Shown in pieces: positions 1 through 12,100 of a stretch of DNA of 64,000 nucleotides (position 1 is its first letter; each line of letters starts with the position of its first letter). The notes under the pieces were generated by a model. The model did not search any database, was not told the DNA's origin, and saw nothing but the letters and a program-made list of their open reading frames with translations. Position numbers and translations under genes: made by a program. The DNA is taken from contig NW_027266264.1 in NCBI RefSeq assembly GCF_022045235.1, forward strand, positions 16,244,001 to 16,308,000, written 5' to 3'. The stretch comes from Haliotis cracherodii. Taxonomy: Eukaryota.

Positions 1-401
1 ACGTACAGTGGAATCACAGAACAGTGGCTTACTGTTTAGGAAAGTTCCAACATCCCGGCAAAACCGAAAGTTGACGGTTGCATATCGGCATTCCACTTGT
101 CATGAATTACAGATTACTGGATAAGTCATATTTTAAAATTAGCTTTCACTGTACATGACCTGGGACGCTTTCTTTGTCGAGTTACCGTAACATTTAAAGT
201 TTAAAGCCCACAAGATGAGTTGGAGCTGAAATGAAATGGGGTTTAACGTCGCGTTTCACTTCAGAAGAAACCTGTTTGCATGTGCGTGGTCTTTACGCAA
301 CCCTTGTCTGAGTGGGCCACGTGGTTAAGGTCGTTACCTTTCTCGCCGGTGTTCGAATCTCGACTTTGATACAGAGTGTGAAGCCTGTTTATGTTACTCA
401 C

Positions 402-2541
402 CTATCGGGAGCCCCATCTGAGATGTCGGGGGAAATGATTTTTCCTTGGTAGTTTAGTGTATAGAGGCTGGGATCTATTCTGTTGACATCGTTGTCCCAG
501 ATACCTTGTACGAAAGTGTTCATTTCCTGCGTTGTCACAACAAGGCCGTACTCGGATCCTGTTGATGATAAGGGGAGGTTATGTTTCATCGGTGTATTGT
601 ATGCTATTGCAGACATTACAAATACAGTTACTGTAGTCACTACAGTTATTACCACTGGCTGTGCCAGTATCATAGCGACGACGACTACTACAACTATAAC
701 TGCATCTGTCACTGTCACTACCATAGCGACGACGACCACTAAAACTACAACTACATCTGTCACTGCCACTGCCACTGCCATAGCTACGACGACCATTATC
801 ACCACGACTACCACTGTGAAGATCCGGGTCTTCAGCAACCCATGCTTGTAGTAAGAGGCGACTATGCTTGTCGTAAGAGGCGACTATGCTTGTCGAAAGA
901 GACGACTATGCTTGTCGTAAGAGGCGGCTAACGGGATCGGGTGGTCAGGCTCGCTGACATTGTTGATGCATGTCATCTTATCCCAATTGCATGGGTCGAT
1001 GTTCATGATGTCAATCAATGGATTGTCTGGTCCAGACACGATTATTTACAGACCGCCGTCATATAGCTGGAATATTGCCGAGAGCGGCATTAAAGAACAA
1101 ACAAACAACAAACCAATACCAGAGTATAACTTGCCATTATCATAGTCACTACCATTATGACTTGTACCAATAACACTCCCCAGTGAACAGCCGGGTTCAA
1201 ATTCGTCATCAGCAACCCATGCTTGCCATAATAGGCGACTATACTTGTTGAAATTAAGAGGCGAGTAACGGGATCGGGTTGTCAGGCTCGCTGACTTGGT
1301 TGATGCATGTCATAGTATTCCAAAGCAAACAAACAAACAAACAAACAAACAAACAAACAAACAAACAAACCAATACCACCGTGCGAGCCAATATAACTGG
1401 CAGCACCATAGCAACCCCCGATATAATTGTAACTCCCGTTACCATAGCCACTAAATGAATGCTTGTATTTTTAAAAACACCAGTCAAAGTAGTTACCAAA
1501 TCGTTACCAAGCCGGGATGGTTCTGGATTTACGTACCTCTCCACCTGGTCCAGAAGTCGCCGCAGCAGTTGCCGATGTCCTCGCAGTCATAATCACACTG
1601 GTTGCACAATAGCAACCCCCGATATCATTGTAGCTCCAGTTACCATAGCCACTAAATGAATGCTTGTCGCCAGCTTTCCGTACTCCTGGTGGGGTTATCT
1701 TTTCAAACACCAGTCAAAGTAGTTACCAAATCGTTACCAAGCCGGGAGGGCTCTGAATTTACTTACCTCTGCACTTGGTCCAGAAGTCGCCGCAGCAGTT
1801 GCCGATGTCCTCGCAGTCATAATCACACTGGCAGGACTGGGCGTAGTCGTTGTTGGTGAAGCATCGGTTGGCACAGGTTCCTGCAATATGTTGTTATAGA
1901 CACTCTTGTATATAGAGCATACCTCTATCAAGACTACGATCTTGCCTTAATTGCTCAGATATGCTATGCCCCTTTGCAGGTTCAGGGTCAGAAAAGGCCC
2001 CGAGTCCCCCTAGTGATGAACGATCATTGAAACGAGACTCAGGCGTTTGGGTTGATTGCGAATGATCGTGTGTGCGTGTGCGTGTGCGTGTGCGTGTGCG
2101 TGTGCATCTACGTGTGTGCGTGTGCGTGTATGTGTGCGTGTACAGAACCGACCAGTCCTTGTTTTATCCCTTTAATGTCGAGCACCAGGTAGGGTAAGGA
2201 GGACCATCTTTGAACTCTTTCGGTATGACGCAGTTCGGGGATCGTTCCTTTACCAGTCGATGGAGGCGATATGGAATAAGCAGACAGTACCACCGTATAT
2301 GCACTCCATTACTCGTGGACTGTGTGTATTATAACAAAAGACTAATGCACTTTAAACTGTTCACTGTGTCAAGCGCCAAATTAGCTTTTACACATCGATT
2401 TAAACATAACATTAACATATCCAGACGAGTTAGCAAGATCTTGTTCGGAAATAGGATATTAAACTGTTAGTTACCACGTCTAAGCAGCAACTGGGCCTGA
2501 GCCCCGGCGACCAAGACGACAAACAGTAGACACAGCTTCAT
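402..2541 (-). CDS. EndoU-family (XendoU/PP11-like) secreted protein with SomatomedinB domain, paralog 1; 5' part only, continues beyond the left edge
   Basis: Coding exons are 2541-2475 (MKLCLLFVVLVAGAQAQLLLRR, signal peptide, phase 1), 1880-1767 (GTCANRCFTNNDYAQSCQCDYDCEDIGNCCGDFWTKCR, SMB, phase 1-1) and 558-402 (GSEYGLVVTTQEMNTFVQGIWDNDVNRIDPSLYTLNYQG..., EndoU N-terminus, phase 1-2). All junctions are GT-AG and in phase. Exon sizes of 114 and 157 bp match paralog 2. Confidence 0.88.
815..1113 (+). mobile_element. SINE family B (V-domain-like body, (AAAC)n tail)
   Basis: Contains CTTGTCGTAAGAGGCGACTA...GCTGGAATATTGC(T/C)GAG.GCGGC.TTAAA. Other full or partial copies at about 1208-1370(+), 24970-25142(+), 33724-33952(-), 38291-38370(-), 46545-46655(+), 46830-47036(-), 58390-58505(-), 58672-58865(-) and 63255-63358(+). 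Confidence 0.8.
1440..1830 (-). repeat. Local tandem duplication (about 230-bp unit) copying the 3' half of the SMB exon plus its donor site
   Basis: 1536-1600 is nearly identical to 1767-1830 (QCDYDCEDIGNCCGDFWT). The flanking intron block AAACACCAGTCAAAGTAGTTACCAAATCGTTACCAAGCCGGGA also occurs twice. Confidence 0.8.
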
Positions 2542-3158
2542 GGTTGACGACGTGGTTACGAAGACCGACTCAGACACGATGCAGATTATCTTATCGTGAG
2601 AACCTGAATACTTCCAGTTGACAGGACGAGTACCTCACCTGGTTGAAAATATGTGTGGGGCGCACGGCCATTGTTTAAACAATGCAGGATGGTATTTGAT
2701 TGGATTAAACGAGGAAAGTGAATGAGTGTGTGAGTGAGTGAGGGACAACGCTAACGATTGAAAGCGTGAGTTAGACTAACATCTAGTCTCTGAAATGAAT
2801 ATATTTTACAGAAAAAACAGTTGTTAAATTATAGTTATTAAATATAATAAAAAGGATCCCAGAGACTTTCTTCATTTTATGTTATACTGCAGTAATCTAG
2901 ACTTGCCAAACATTATAGACTTGCATAGGCTGTATTGGATATATTTGTTTCAGGGTCTGTATGACAGACTAAGTGTGAGTGTGTGAGTCAGTTTAGTGAT
3001 TGTTTATGAGTAATCATCAGTATCTGTAATGTCTGGGAGATGGCAGAGTTCGCTTTACAACAGCGATAGCCTGTTCACTACACCAACATACTGGGAGGAG
3101 TGAGTGGGTGAGTGAGACAATTGAGCTTAACGCTGCTTTGAATAGTATCCAGTTATAT

Positions 3159-3690
3159 AGGCTGTGGATCTCAATACGGCTCTGGAACTCCGTACGGCTG
3201 CTGATCTCAATACGGCTCAGGAACTCGGTACGGGTGCGGATCTCAATACGGCTCCGGAGCTCCGTACGGCTGCGGATCTCAATACGGCGCGGGACCTCCG
3301 TACGGCTGCGGATCTCAATACGGTTCCGGAACTCGGTACTGCTGCGGATCTCAATACGGCTTCAGATCTGCGTACGGCTGTGGATCTCAATACGGCTCCG
3401 GAACTCGGTACGGCTGCGGATCTCAATACGGCTCCTGAGCTCCGTACGGCTGCGGATCTCAATACGGCTCCGGAACTCGGTACGGCTGCGGATCTCAATA
3501 CGGCTCCGGAACTCGGTACGGCTGCTAATCTCAATACGGCACCGGACCTCCGTACGGCTACTGAGCTCAATACGGCGCCGGAACTCGCTACGGCTGCTGA
3601 TCTCAATACGGCTCCGGAACTCGGTACGGCTGCGGATCTCAATACGGCGCAGGACCTCCGTACGGCTGCGGATCTCAATACGGCTCTGGA
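3159..3690. repeat. 36-bp GC/CpG-rich minisatellite (two 18-bp subunits), about 15 copies
   Basis: Unit GCTGCGGATCTCAATACG-GCTCCGGAACTCGGTACG. Confidence 0.95.
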
Positions 3691-3733
3691 ACGAAAATCA
3701 ACACAGACAATCACTGTCCCATATTGCCAGTAG

Positions 3734-4068
3734 AATACAATGTTATTGTGTATAGGGAAATACAATGTTATTGTGTATAGGGAAATACAATGTTATTGTG
3801 TATAGGGAAATACAATGTTATTGTGTATTGGGAAATACAATGTTATTGTGTGTAGGGAAATACAATGTTATTGTGTATAGCGAAATACAATGTTATTGTG
3901 TGTAGGGAAATACAATGTTATTGTGTGTAGGGAAATACAATGTTATTGTGTATAGGGAAATACAATGTTATTGTGTATAGGGAAATACAATGTTATTGTG
4001 TATAGGGAAATACAATGTTATTGTGTATAGGGAAATACAATGTAATTGTGTATAGGGAAATACAATGT
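3734..4068. repeat. 25-bp tandem repeat, about 13 copies
   Basis: Unit AATACAATGTTATTGTGTATAGGGA. Confidence 0.95.
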
Positions 4069-5436
4069 TCATGTAACATGTGGTCCATGGTTGTATATAA
4101 TATGCTTTTTATCATAAAGTAACAGAGACAAGCGGTACATGTGTTACGTAACTTATATGCATGTGTTTTTCTTTATTTGTAATTGAGTTTAAAAAAAACT
4201 CTTCCATATTGCGACATTAAACTTTAAAAGAGTTGAGAAAAACAATGTGTTTAATGTCGTGACTTTCATCCCAGGTGAGCTAAAGAACTAGGATAGGTAC
4301 AAATGCATATGACACATGTGATCACATGACGTAACTTAACGTTGTATTTTTTTATAGCTCTGCTATGTTACATAAGTATGAACGTACGTAAATAGCGTGT
4401 CGAATTTCTGAATGCTTCATCAGAAAAAGCAATTGCATTTGTAAACTTTGTTTTTAATCTGCTTTCATTCAAATTGTCTACATTAAGGAACTTGAACTGA
4501 CACATGTAGACTGGGGCTGACACATGTTCACTGGAGCTGAATTGCACAATTAATTCATCTAATTCGAAATGATAAAGTAATGATTGTGAAAATACAAATT
4601 CGAAAAGATGTTTGGCAAGAACAGTGGCATGCTACCAAGGTGTGTTATTAATTTTGCTAAAAGTATTCTTTTGATATATTCGAGTCAGTGGACAGGCTGG
4701 ATCAAGTCGACTTCAGTAATGGTCTAGGGAATGTCTTTATCTCTCTGGAAGACGCAGCTGTATGTATCTGTCTTGGGAAAACTGCGTATGGTGGCATTTG
4801 CGAAAGTGCATTAAAATAATTTTACCATGCGTCGTTTGCTTGACAATATTACTCAATACATACTAAACAATAACTAAACATGAAATATGTTGGGTTAGTG
4901 AACATGTCATGTAATAAGTAGCGTTTGTATTTATGTTTTTACATATATGTGGGTCAGTTTAATTACGGGACACTTACATTTCACAGGTATGTTGTGGGGG
5001 CGAGGTGACCCATGAAAACATGTATGACGGAAGCATAATTATTGTGCCGTTGTTTCCGTCGTAAGAGTAGAACTATTGCTTCCCCCACTACTGTTAGCAT
5101 ACTGCAACAAGTGCAACCCATGACATAGAGTGCCTAGCATGTTGGTTGCACTAAGGGATACCGAACAAATGACTTGAATTGACGGCTTGACGCGAGTTGA
5201 AGTGAAATGGCGTCGTTATGGGACGAACATGGTGGAGAACGATCGACCAACAGCGGTTGTGGTGTTTGACGGCAGTATGTTGCTTAATGCTCTGTGCTGA
5301 TCAACAGAAGTGTAGCATGGAATGATTCACGGATTTTCATTCATGTGTACAGTGACAGACAAAATACACCAATTCCCTCCTCGGACAACTTTGTTTGTGG
5401 CTGCTGTGACATGGACATTGATAGGATGCGTATAAA

Positions 5437-5608
5437 GAGTGAGTGAGTGAGTGAGTTTGATTTTACGCCGCTATTAGCAATATTCCAGCAATATCACGGC
5501 GGGGGACACCAGAAAGGGGCTTCACACATTGTACCCATGTCGGGAATCGAACCCGGGTCTTCAGCGTGACGAGCGAACGCTTTAACCACCAGGCTACCCC
5601 ACCGCCCC
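5437..5608 (-). mobile_element. tRNA-derived SINE family A (Meta/MESC-like body, (ACTC)n tail)
   Basis: A-box TAGCCTGGTGG and B-box GGTTCGATTCC, body TGTGAAGCCC..TCTGGTGTCCCCCGCCGTGATATTGCTGGAATATTGCT, (ACTC)n tail. Partial copies at about 9913-10109(+), 26213-26352(+) and 29343-29413(-). Confidence 0.85.
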
Positions 5609-5629
5609 GAGCATAAAGAAAGCTTCAAT

Positions 5630-8600
5630 TTGTTGTAGAGGACATTTGTTGGCTACTGAGGATGTCATATGTTGAGCTGTTGTACTTGACATGTGTTGGC
5701 TACTGAGGATGTCATATGTTGAGCTGTTGTACATGACAGGTGTTGGACTACTAAGGATGTCATATGTTGAGCTGTTGTACCTGACATGTGTTGGATACTG
5801 AGGATGTCATTTGTTAGCTGTTAAAGGTGACATGAACTGTGGATGAACTGTTTTTAGATGACACGAGTTTGGCTACTGAGGATGAGATGTTGTACTTGAC
5901 ATGTGTTGGCTACTGAGGATGTCATATGTTGAGCTCTTGTTCATGACGTGTGTTGGCTACTGAGGATGTCATATGTTGAGCTGTTGTACATGACATGTGT
6001 TGGCTACTGAGGATGTCATATGTTGAGCTGTTGTACTTGACATGTGTTGGCTACTGAGAATGTCATATGTTGAGCTGTTGTACTTGACATGTGTTGGCTA
6101 CTGAGGATGTCATATGTTGAGCTGTTGTACATGACATGTGTTGGCTACTGAGGATGTCATATGTTGAGCTGTTGTTCATGACGTGTGTTGGCTACTGAGG
6201 ATGTCATATGTTGTGCTGTTGTACATGACGTGTGTTGCCTACTGAGGATGTCATATGTTGAGCTGTTGTACTTGACATGTGTTGGCTACTGAGAATGTCA
6301 TATGTTGAGCTGTTGTACTTGACATGTGTTGGCTACTGAGGATGTCATATGTTGAGCTGTTGTACATGACATGTGTTGGCTACTGAGGATGTCATATGTT
6401 AGCTGTTGTACTTGACACGGGTTGGGCTAGTGGGGATGAGCTGTTGTGCATGACATGTGTTGGCTACTGGGGATGAGCTGTTGTGCATGACGTGTTGGCT
6501 ACTGAGAATGTCATATTTAGCTGTTAAAGGTGACATGAACTGTGGATGAACTGTTGTAGATGACACGGGTTTGGCTACTGAGGATCTCATATGTTGAGCT
6601 GTTGTACTTGACATGTGTTGGCTACTGATTATGTCATATGTTGAGCTGTTGTTCATGACGTGTGTTGGCTACTGAGGATGTCATATGTTGAGCTGTTGTA
6701 CATGACATGTGTTGGCTACTGAGAATGTCATATGTTGAGCTGTTGTACCTGACATGTGTTGGATACTGAGGATGTCATTTGTTAGCTGTTAAAGGTGACA
6801 TGAACTGTGGATGAACTGTTTTTAGATGACACGAGTTTGGCTACTGAGGATGAGATATTGTACTTGACATGTGTTGGCTACTGAGGATGTCATATGTTGA
6901 GCTGTTGTTCATGACATGTGTTGGCTACTGAGGATGTCATATGTTGAGCTGTTGTACATGACGTGTGTTGGCTACTGAGGATGTCATATGTTGAGCTGTT
7001 GTACTTGACATGTGTTGGCTACTGAGGATGTCATATGTTGAGCTGTTGTACATGACATGTGTTCGCTACTGAGGATGTCATATGTTAGCTGTTGTACTTG
7101 ACACGGGTTGGGCTAGTGGGGATGAGCTGTTGTGCATGACATGTGTTGGCTACTGGGGATGAGCTGTTGTGCATGACGTGTTGGCTACTGAGAATGTCAT
7201 ATGTTAGCTGTTAAAGGTGACATGAACTGTGGATGAACTGTTGTAGATGACACAGGTTTGGCTACTGAGGATGAGCTGTTGTACCTGACATGTGTTGGCT
7301 ACTGAGGATGTCATATGTTGAGCTGTTGTACATGACGTGTGTTGGCTACTGAGAATGTCATATGTTGAGCTGTTGTACCTGACATGTGTTGGATACTGAG
7401 GATGTCATTTGTTAGCTGTCAAAGGTGACATGAACTGTGGATGAACTGTTTTTAAATGACACGAGTTTGGCTACTGAGGATGAGATGTTGTACTTGACAT
7501 GTGTTGGCTACTGAGGATGTCATATGTTGAGCTGTTGTTCATGACGTGTGTTGGCTACTGAGGATGTCATATGTTGAGCTGTTGTACATGACGTGTGTTG
7601 GCTACTGAGGATGTCATATGTTGAGCTGTTGTACTTGACATGTGTTGGCTACTGAGGATGTCATATGTTGAGCTGTTGTACATGACATGTGTTGGCTACT
7701 GAGGATGTCATATGTTAGCTGTTGTACTTGACACGGGTTGGGCTAGTGGGGATGAGCTGTTGTGCATGACATGTGTTGGCTACTGGGGATGAGCTGTTGT
7801 GCATGACGTGTTAGCTACTGAGAATGTCATATGTTAGCTGTTAAAGGTGACATGAACTGTGGATGAACTGTTGTAGATGACACGGGTTTGGCTACTGAGG
7901 ATGTCATATGTTGAGCTGTTGTACTTGACATGTGTTGGCTACTGGGGATGTCATATGTTGAGCTGTTGTTCATGACGTGTGTTGGCTACTGAGGATGTCA
8001 TATGTTGAGCTGTTGTATATGACATGTGTTGGCTACTGAGAATGTCATATGTTGAGCTGTTGTACCTGACATGTGTTGGATACTGAGGATGTCATTTGTT
8101 AGCTGTTAAAGGTGACATGAACTGTGGATGAACTGTTGTAGATGACACGGGTTTGGCTACTGAGGATGTCATATGTTGAGCTGTTGTACTTGACATGTGT
8201 TGGCTACTGGGGATGTCATATGTTGAGCTGTTGTTCATGACGTGTGTTGGCTACTGAGGATGTCATATGTTGAGCTGTTGTATATGACATGTGTTGGCTA
8301 CTGAGAATGTCATATGTTGAGCTGTTGTACCTGACATGTGTTGGATACTGAGGATGTCATTTGTTAGCTGTTAAAGGTGACATGAACTGTGGATGAACTG
8401 TTTTTAGATGACACGAGTTTGGCTACTGAGGATGAGATGTTGTACTTGACATGTGTTGGCTACTGAGGATGTCATATGTTGAGCTCTTGTTCATGACGTG
8501 TGTTGGCTACTGAGGATGTCATATGTTGAGCTGTTGTACATGACATGTGTTGGCTACTGAGGATGTCATATGTTGAGCTGTTGTACATGACGTGCGTTGG

Positions 8601-8920
8601 CTACTGAGGATGTCATATGTTGAGCTGTTGTACATGACGTGTGTTGGCTACTGAGAATGTCATATGTTGAGCTGTTGTACATGACATGTGTTGGCTACTG
8701 GGGATGAGATGTTGTTCATGACGTGTTGGCTACTGAGAATGTCATATGTTAGCTGTTAAAGGTGACATGAACTGTGGATGAACTGCTGTAGATGACACAG
8801 GTTTGGCTACTGAGGATGAGCTGTTGTACCTGACATGTGTTGGCTACTGGGGGTGTCATATGTTGAGCTGTTGTACTTGACATGTGTTGGCTAATGAGGA
8901 TGTCATGTGTTGAGCTGTAA
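5630..8920. repeat. 47-bp satellite array (about 3.3 kb) with higher-order variants
   Basis: Monomer GACATGTGTTGGCTACTGAGGATGTCATATGTTGAGCTGTTGTAC(A/T)T, with recurring variant blocks. Confidence 0.95.
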
Positions 8921-9110
8921 TATAAGAAATCGAGAGGAATCCAGGTAGGTTTTGTATTGCCTTGGGTGTTTTACGAATGATATTTGCTAATTGCTAACAT
9001 ACACGAGTAGTGCACGTTTCTCTCTAATTAAAGTGACTGATAAATTATATGTTTTACATACAATGAAACAACGACAGCTAATAAACACAATCATGCAACA
9101 CGTAGTGTCA

Positions 9111-9116
9111 TTTATT
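9111..9116 (-). terminator. Polyadenylation signal AATAAA of EndoU paralog 2
   Basis: AATAAA on the minus strand about 40 nt after the stop at 9156, followed by GT-rich sequence. Confidence 0.55.
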
Positions 9117-9155
9117 TTGGCTTCATCAAAAGCTACACGGGTCTGGCATCATCGA

Positions 9156-12100
9156 TCAGACGCTGCTTGTAAAGGAGGGTACAGCCCCTGTAAGCTGGAG
9201 GATCGATTCGTGGCGAGCAGTGGATGCCTTGATGGTGATGTTCTGGCCGTTGACGGTCACGGCACACTGCTTGTCTGGGCGGGTGAGGCCACACACAGTG
9301 TATAGCGCCATGTCAAACTCGGGACTTGTTCCAACAAAGAACTTCTTCATCCTCGCCATGGCATCATTCCACAAGAACTGAACACTCACCATAGGAGGGT
9401 CCTAAAACGATGGAAATGAGGGCTGTACCACAGAGGACAAATTAATATATGACTTGAATCCACATGAAAACTATGAACCGGTGGGGGGTGGGGTGGGAGT
9501 GGGGGGGAGGGGGGGGAGGGACTTGGATGATGTTGGGAAGTATTTAAAAATGCTTATGTATTGAACAACCTGACAATACAAATGACATAGTCACCTTCGA
9601 ACGACGTTGTCTCAACAACGTGTCCCCAACAAAATTTAAATTAATATATTTCATTAAAATTTTGACATGGACAACCGTGAGACGTTTCAATATTTTGGTA
9701 AAAAACACACCTAGATCGTAGCAGATCAATAAAAGGATGAGACTTAATTTTTAAAAATTTAACAAACCGTTCACTATTATTAGGTGAGTTTAAACTTATA
9801 CACGTCGTGAAGTTTTCCACATTAGCAAAACCTGGCTCACGGATGGTACCGGCAAACCAAGTATACCCCTCCCCCCCCCCCCCCCGGATGAATGATGAAT
9901 TCGAAACATGGTCTGGGTTTGATTCCCCACACGGGTATTATGTGTGAAGCATGTGTGACACCTCTTGTGTCCTCATAGGTGATATTGCTGGAGTATTGCT
10001 AAATGCGGCGCAAAATCACCCTAACTCACTCGCTCGCTCGCCCGCCCGCCCGCCCGCCCGCCCGCCCGCTCGCTCACTCACTCACTCACTCACTCACTCA
10101 CTCACTCACCAAAAAAGCNNNNNNNNNNNNNNNNNNNNNNNNNNNNNNNNNNNNNNNNNNNNNNNNNNNNNNNNNNNNNNNNNNNNNNNNNNNNNNNNNN
10201 NNNNNNNNNNNNNNNNNNNNNNNNNNNNNNNNNNNNNNNNNNNNNNNNNNNNNNNNNNNNNATAGCCGTGGTAATCAACAACCTCCGCCTTCTCCAGAAG
10301 GTAGAACTGTATCCAGTTGTTCAACCCAATGATGTGATTCGAAATGTTGTGTTTCATGTTGTGCGTGTTTTTCAACTCTTCTCCGATCATGATATGCTCA
10401 AAGCCACTACTCTTGTGCCTGTGCAGCAAGGCGGAGTGCCCTCTGTACAACTCGAACCACATCTCATTGATCACAGCTCGGAATGCGTGTGGATCTGCTT
10501 TGATGAACCCTGAAGAGTAACTGTCAATTAGCATACAGGACTAAAAATAGTGGGTGATTATTAATTAACGTTCTTCAGCATTCAGCACTATCATTTCTGT
10601 AACCCCTGGACTGAAACGTAGATTCAGAGCTCTAGACTGTTGTGACAAACGATTTCAAGACGAAAATAATTTATATCCAGGTATACCTACACGTGTATAT
10701 GGGTTTTAAACCTGGGGCATAAATTGATGTCAAACTCCATAAAAACGGGTCGGTGGTTTCGTGGTTCAGCTCGTTTAAGTGCTCAATCAGGAAAAACGTT
10801 TTGTCAAGATAAGGACATTCTATTAGGCCCGTTAGACCTATTTCAGGTTTAGCCAGTTACATTACAAATGCTCTGATCACATAGGATATAGTATGTATAA
10901 AGTACGGGTAAAGAGCAATGACAAAATATATTTTGTTTCACTAGAAACTGTGGATGATTGAAAAATTATACTTCTTTATAAACCTCCAGTTTGTTCTCTT
11001 AAATCGCATAAACGGGGATGTTATGTCATTTTATCCCGTGGATTTTATCAAATATCCCAGGGATTCTATTAATAAAACTACCGTTTATGTTGCAACATAT
11101 GAATGTTTCTGGCAAAATAAATTTTACATTTGAACACAATGTAATGAAATGTAAAATCAAATGTTTTATTTATGTTTTCACTCGGCATGAGAGGCGCTGA
11201 TTAATCACAATGCTTTAAAGAATTTCTTTTTCAAGTATCGTACGCGAGCAACAGATATTTTACACCCGTTTCCTAAGGTTCATGGAAAGCTTGTATGAAA
11301 CATGAAACTGTTGATAAATGTTGTTGTAAGCTTCATTTTTCGGTTAGAAATTAGAGAAACCCTCGGGTGTTTATGAGATCAAAAACCCTCCTCATCGGGA
11401 TAAAACAGAGGGGCTGACGCCCTTGGTTTTATCCCGATGAGGAGGGTTTTAAATCTCATAAAACGCCTCGGACGTGTTTTATCTAACACTTAAAGCGTAG
11501 CTACAAGGGGGTAAGGCTCCGATACATTGACAGTCCCAACAGGTGTGTCACAGGTGGCTCAAAACCCACTTACTGTGACTGCTAATTCAAATGTCATGAT
11601 AGTTATAAATCGAATAATTAATGAATATCAAAATGACAGCGAGACAATGTCCCAGTTTCACTCGAAGCACTGATAACGTGAGTGAGTGAGTTTGGTTTTA
11701 CGCCGCTTTTAGCAATATTCCAGCAATTTCACGGCGGGGGACACCAGAAATGGGCTTCATACATTGTACCCATGTCGGGAATCGAACCCGGGTCTTCGGC
11801 GTGACGAGCGAACGCTTTAACCACTAGGCTACCCGACCGTCCCCACTGATAACGTCTACATCTATACTACAAATGGGACCTCTGTCATTTGTAACAAAAT
11901 AACTGTCACATATAAAATACCTATAGAAATAAGAAGTTACAAAAACTGCAACGACCTACCGTTATCGAGGAGGAACTTTGAGGCGAGCTGCATGACCTTT
12001 GTTTGGGACGCCACGGCCCAGAAAGCGTCCTCCTCTTGAATCTCTACCAGGGGACGGTGTTCGGACTGCTGTACGTTCAATTCGTAGTTGTCAAGTAGTT

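Noticed and set aside
3108-3765. Overlapping 182-215 aa repeat ORFs (TAADLNTAPELG)n
   Set aside because: A 36-bp minisatellite is open in several frames on both strands, and there is no supporting start or splice context.
5630-8920. CRISPR-like array
   Set aside because: The monomers are contiguous with no unique spacers, the context is eukaryotic, and there are no cas genes.
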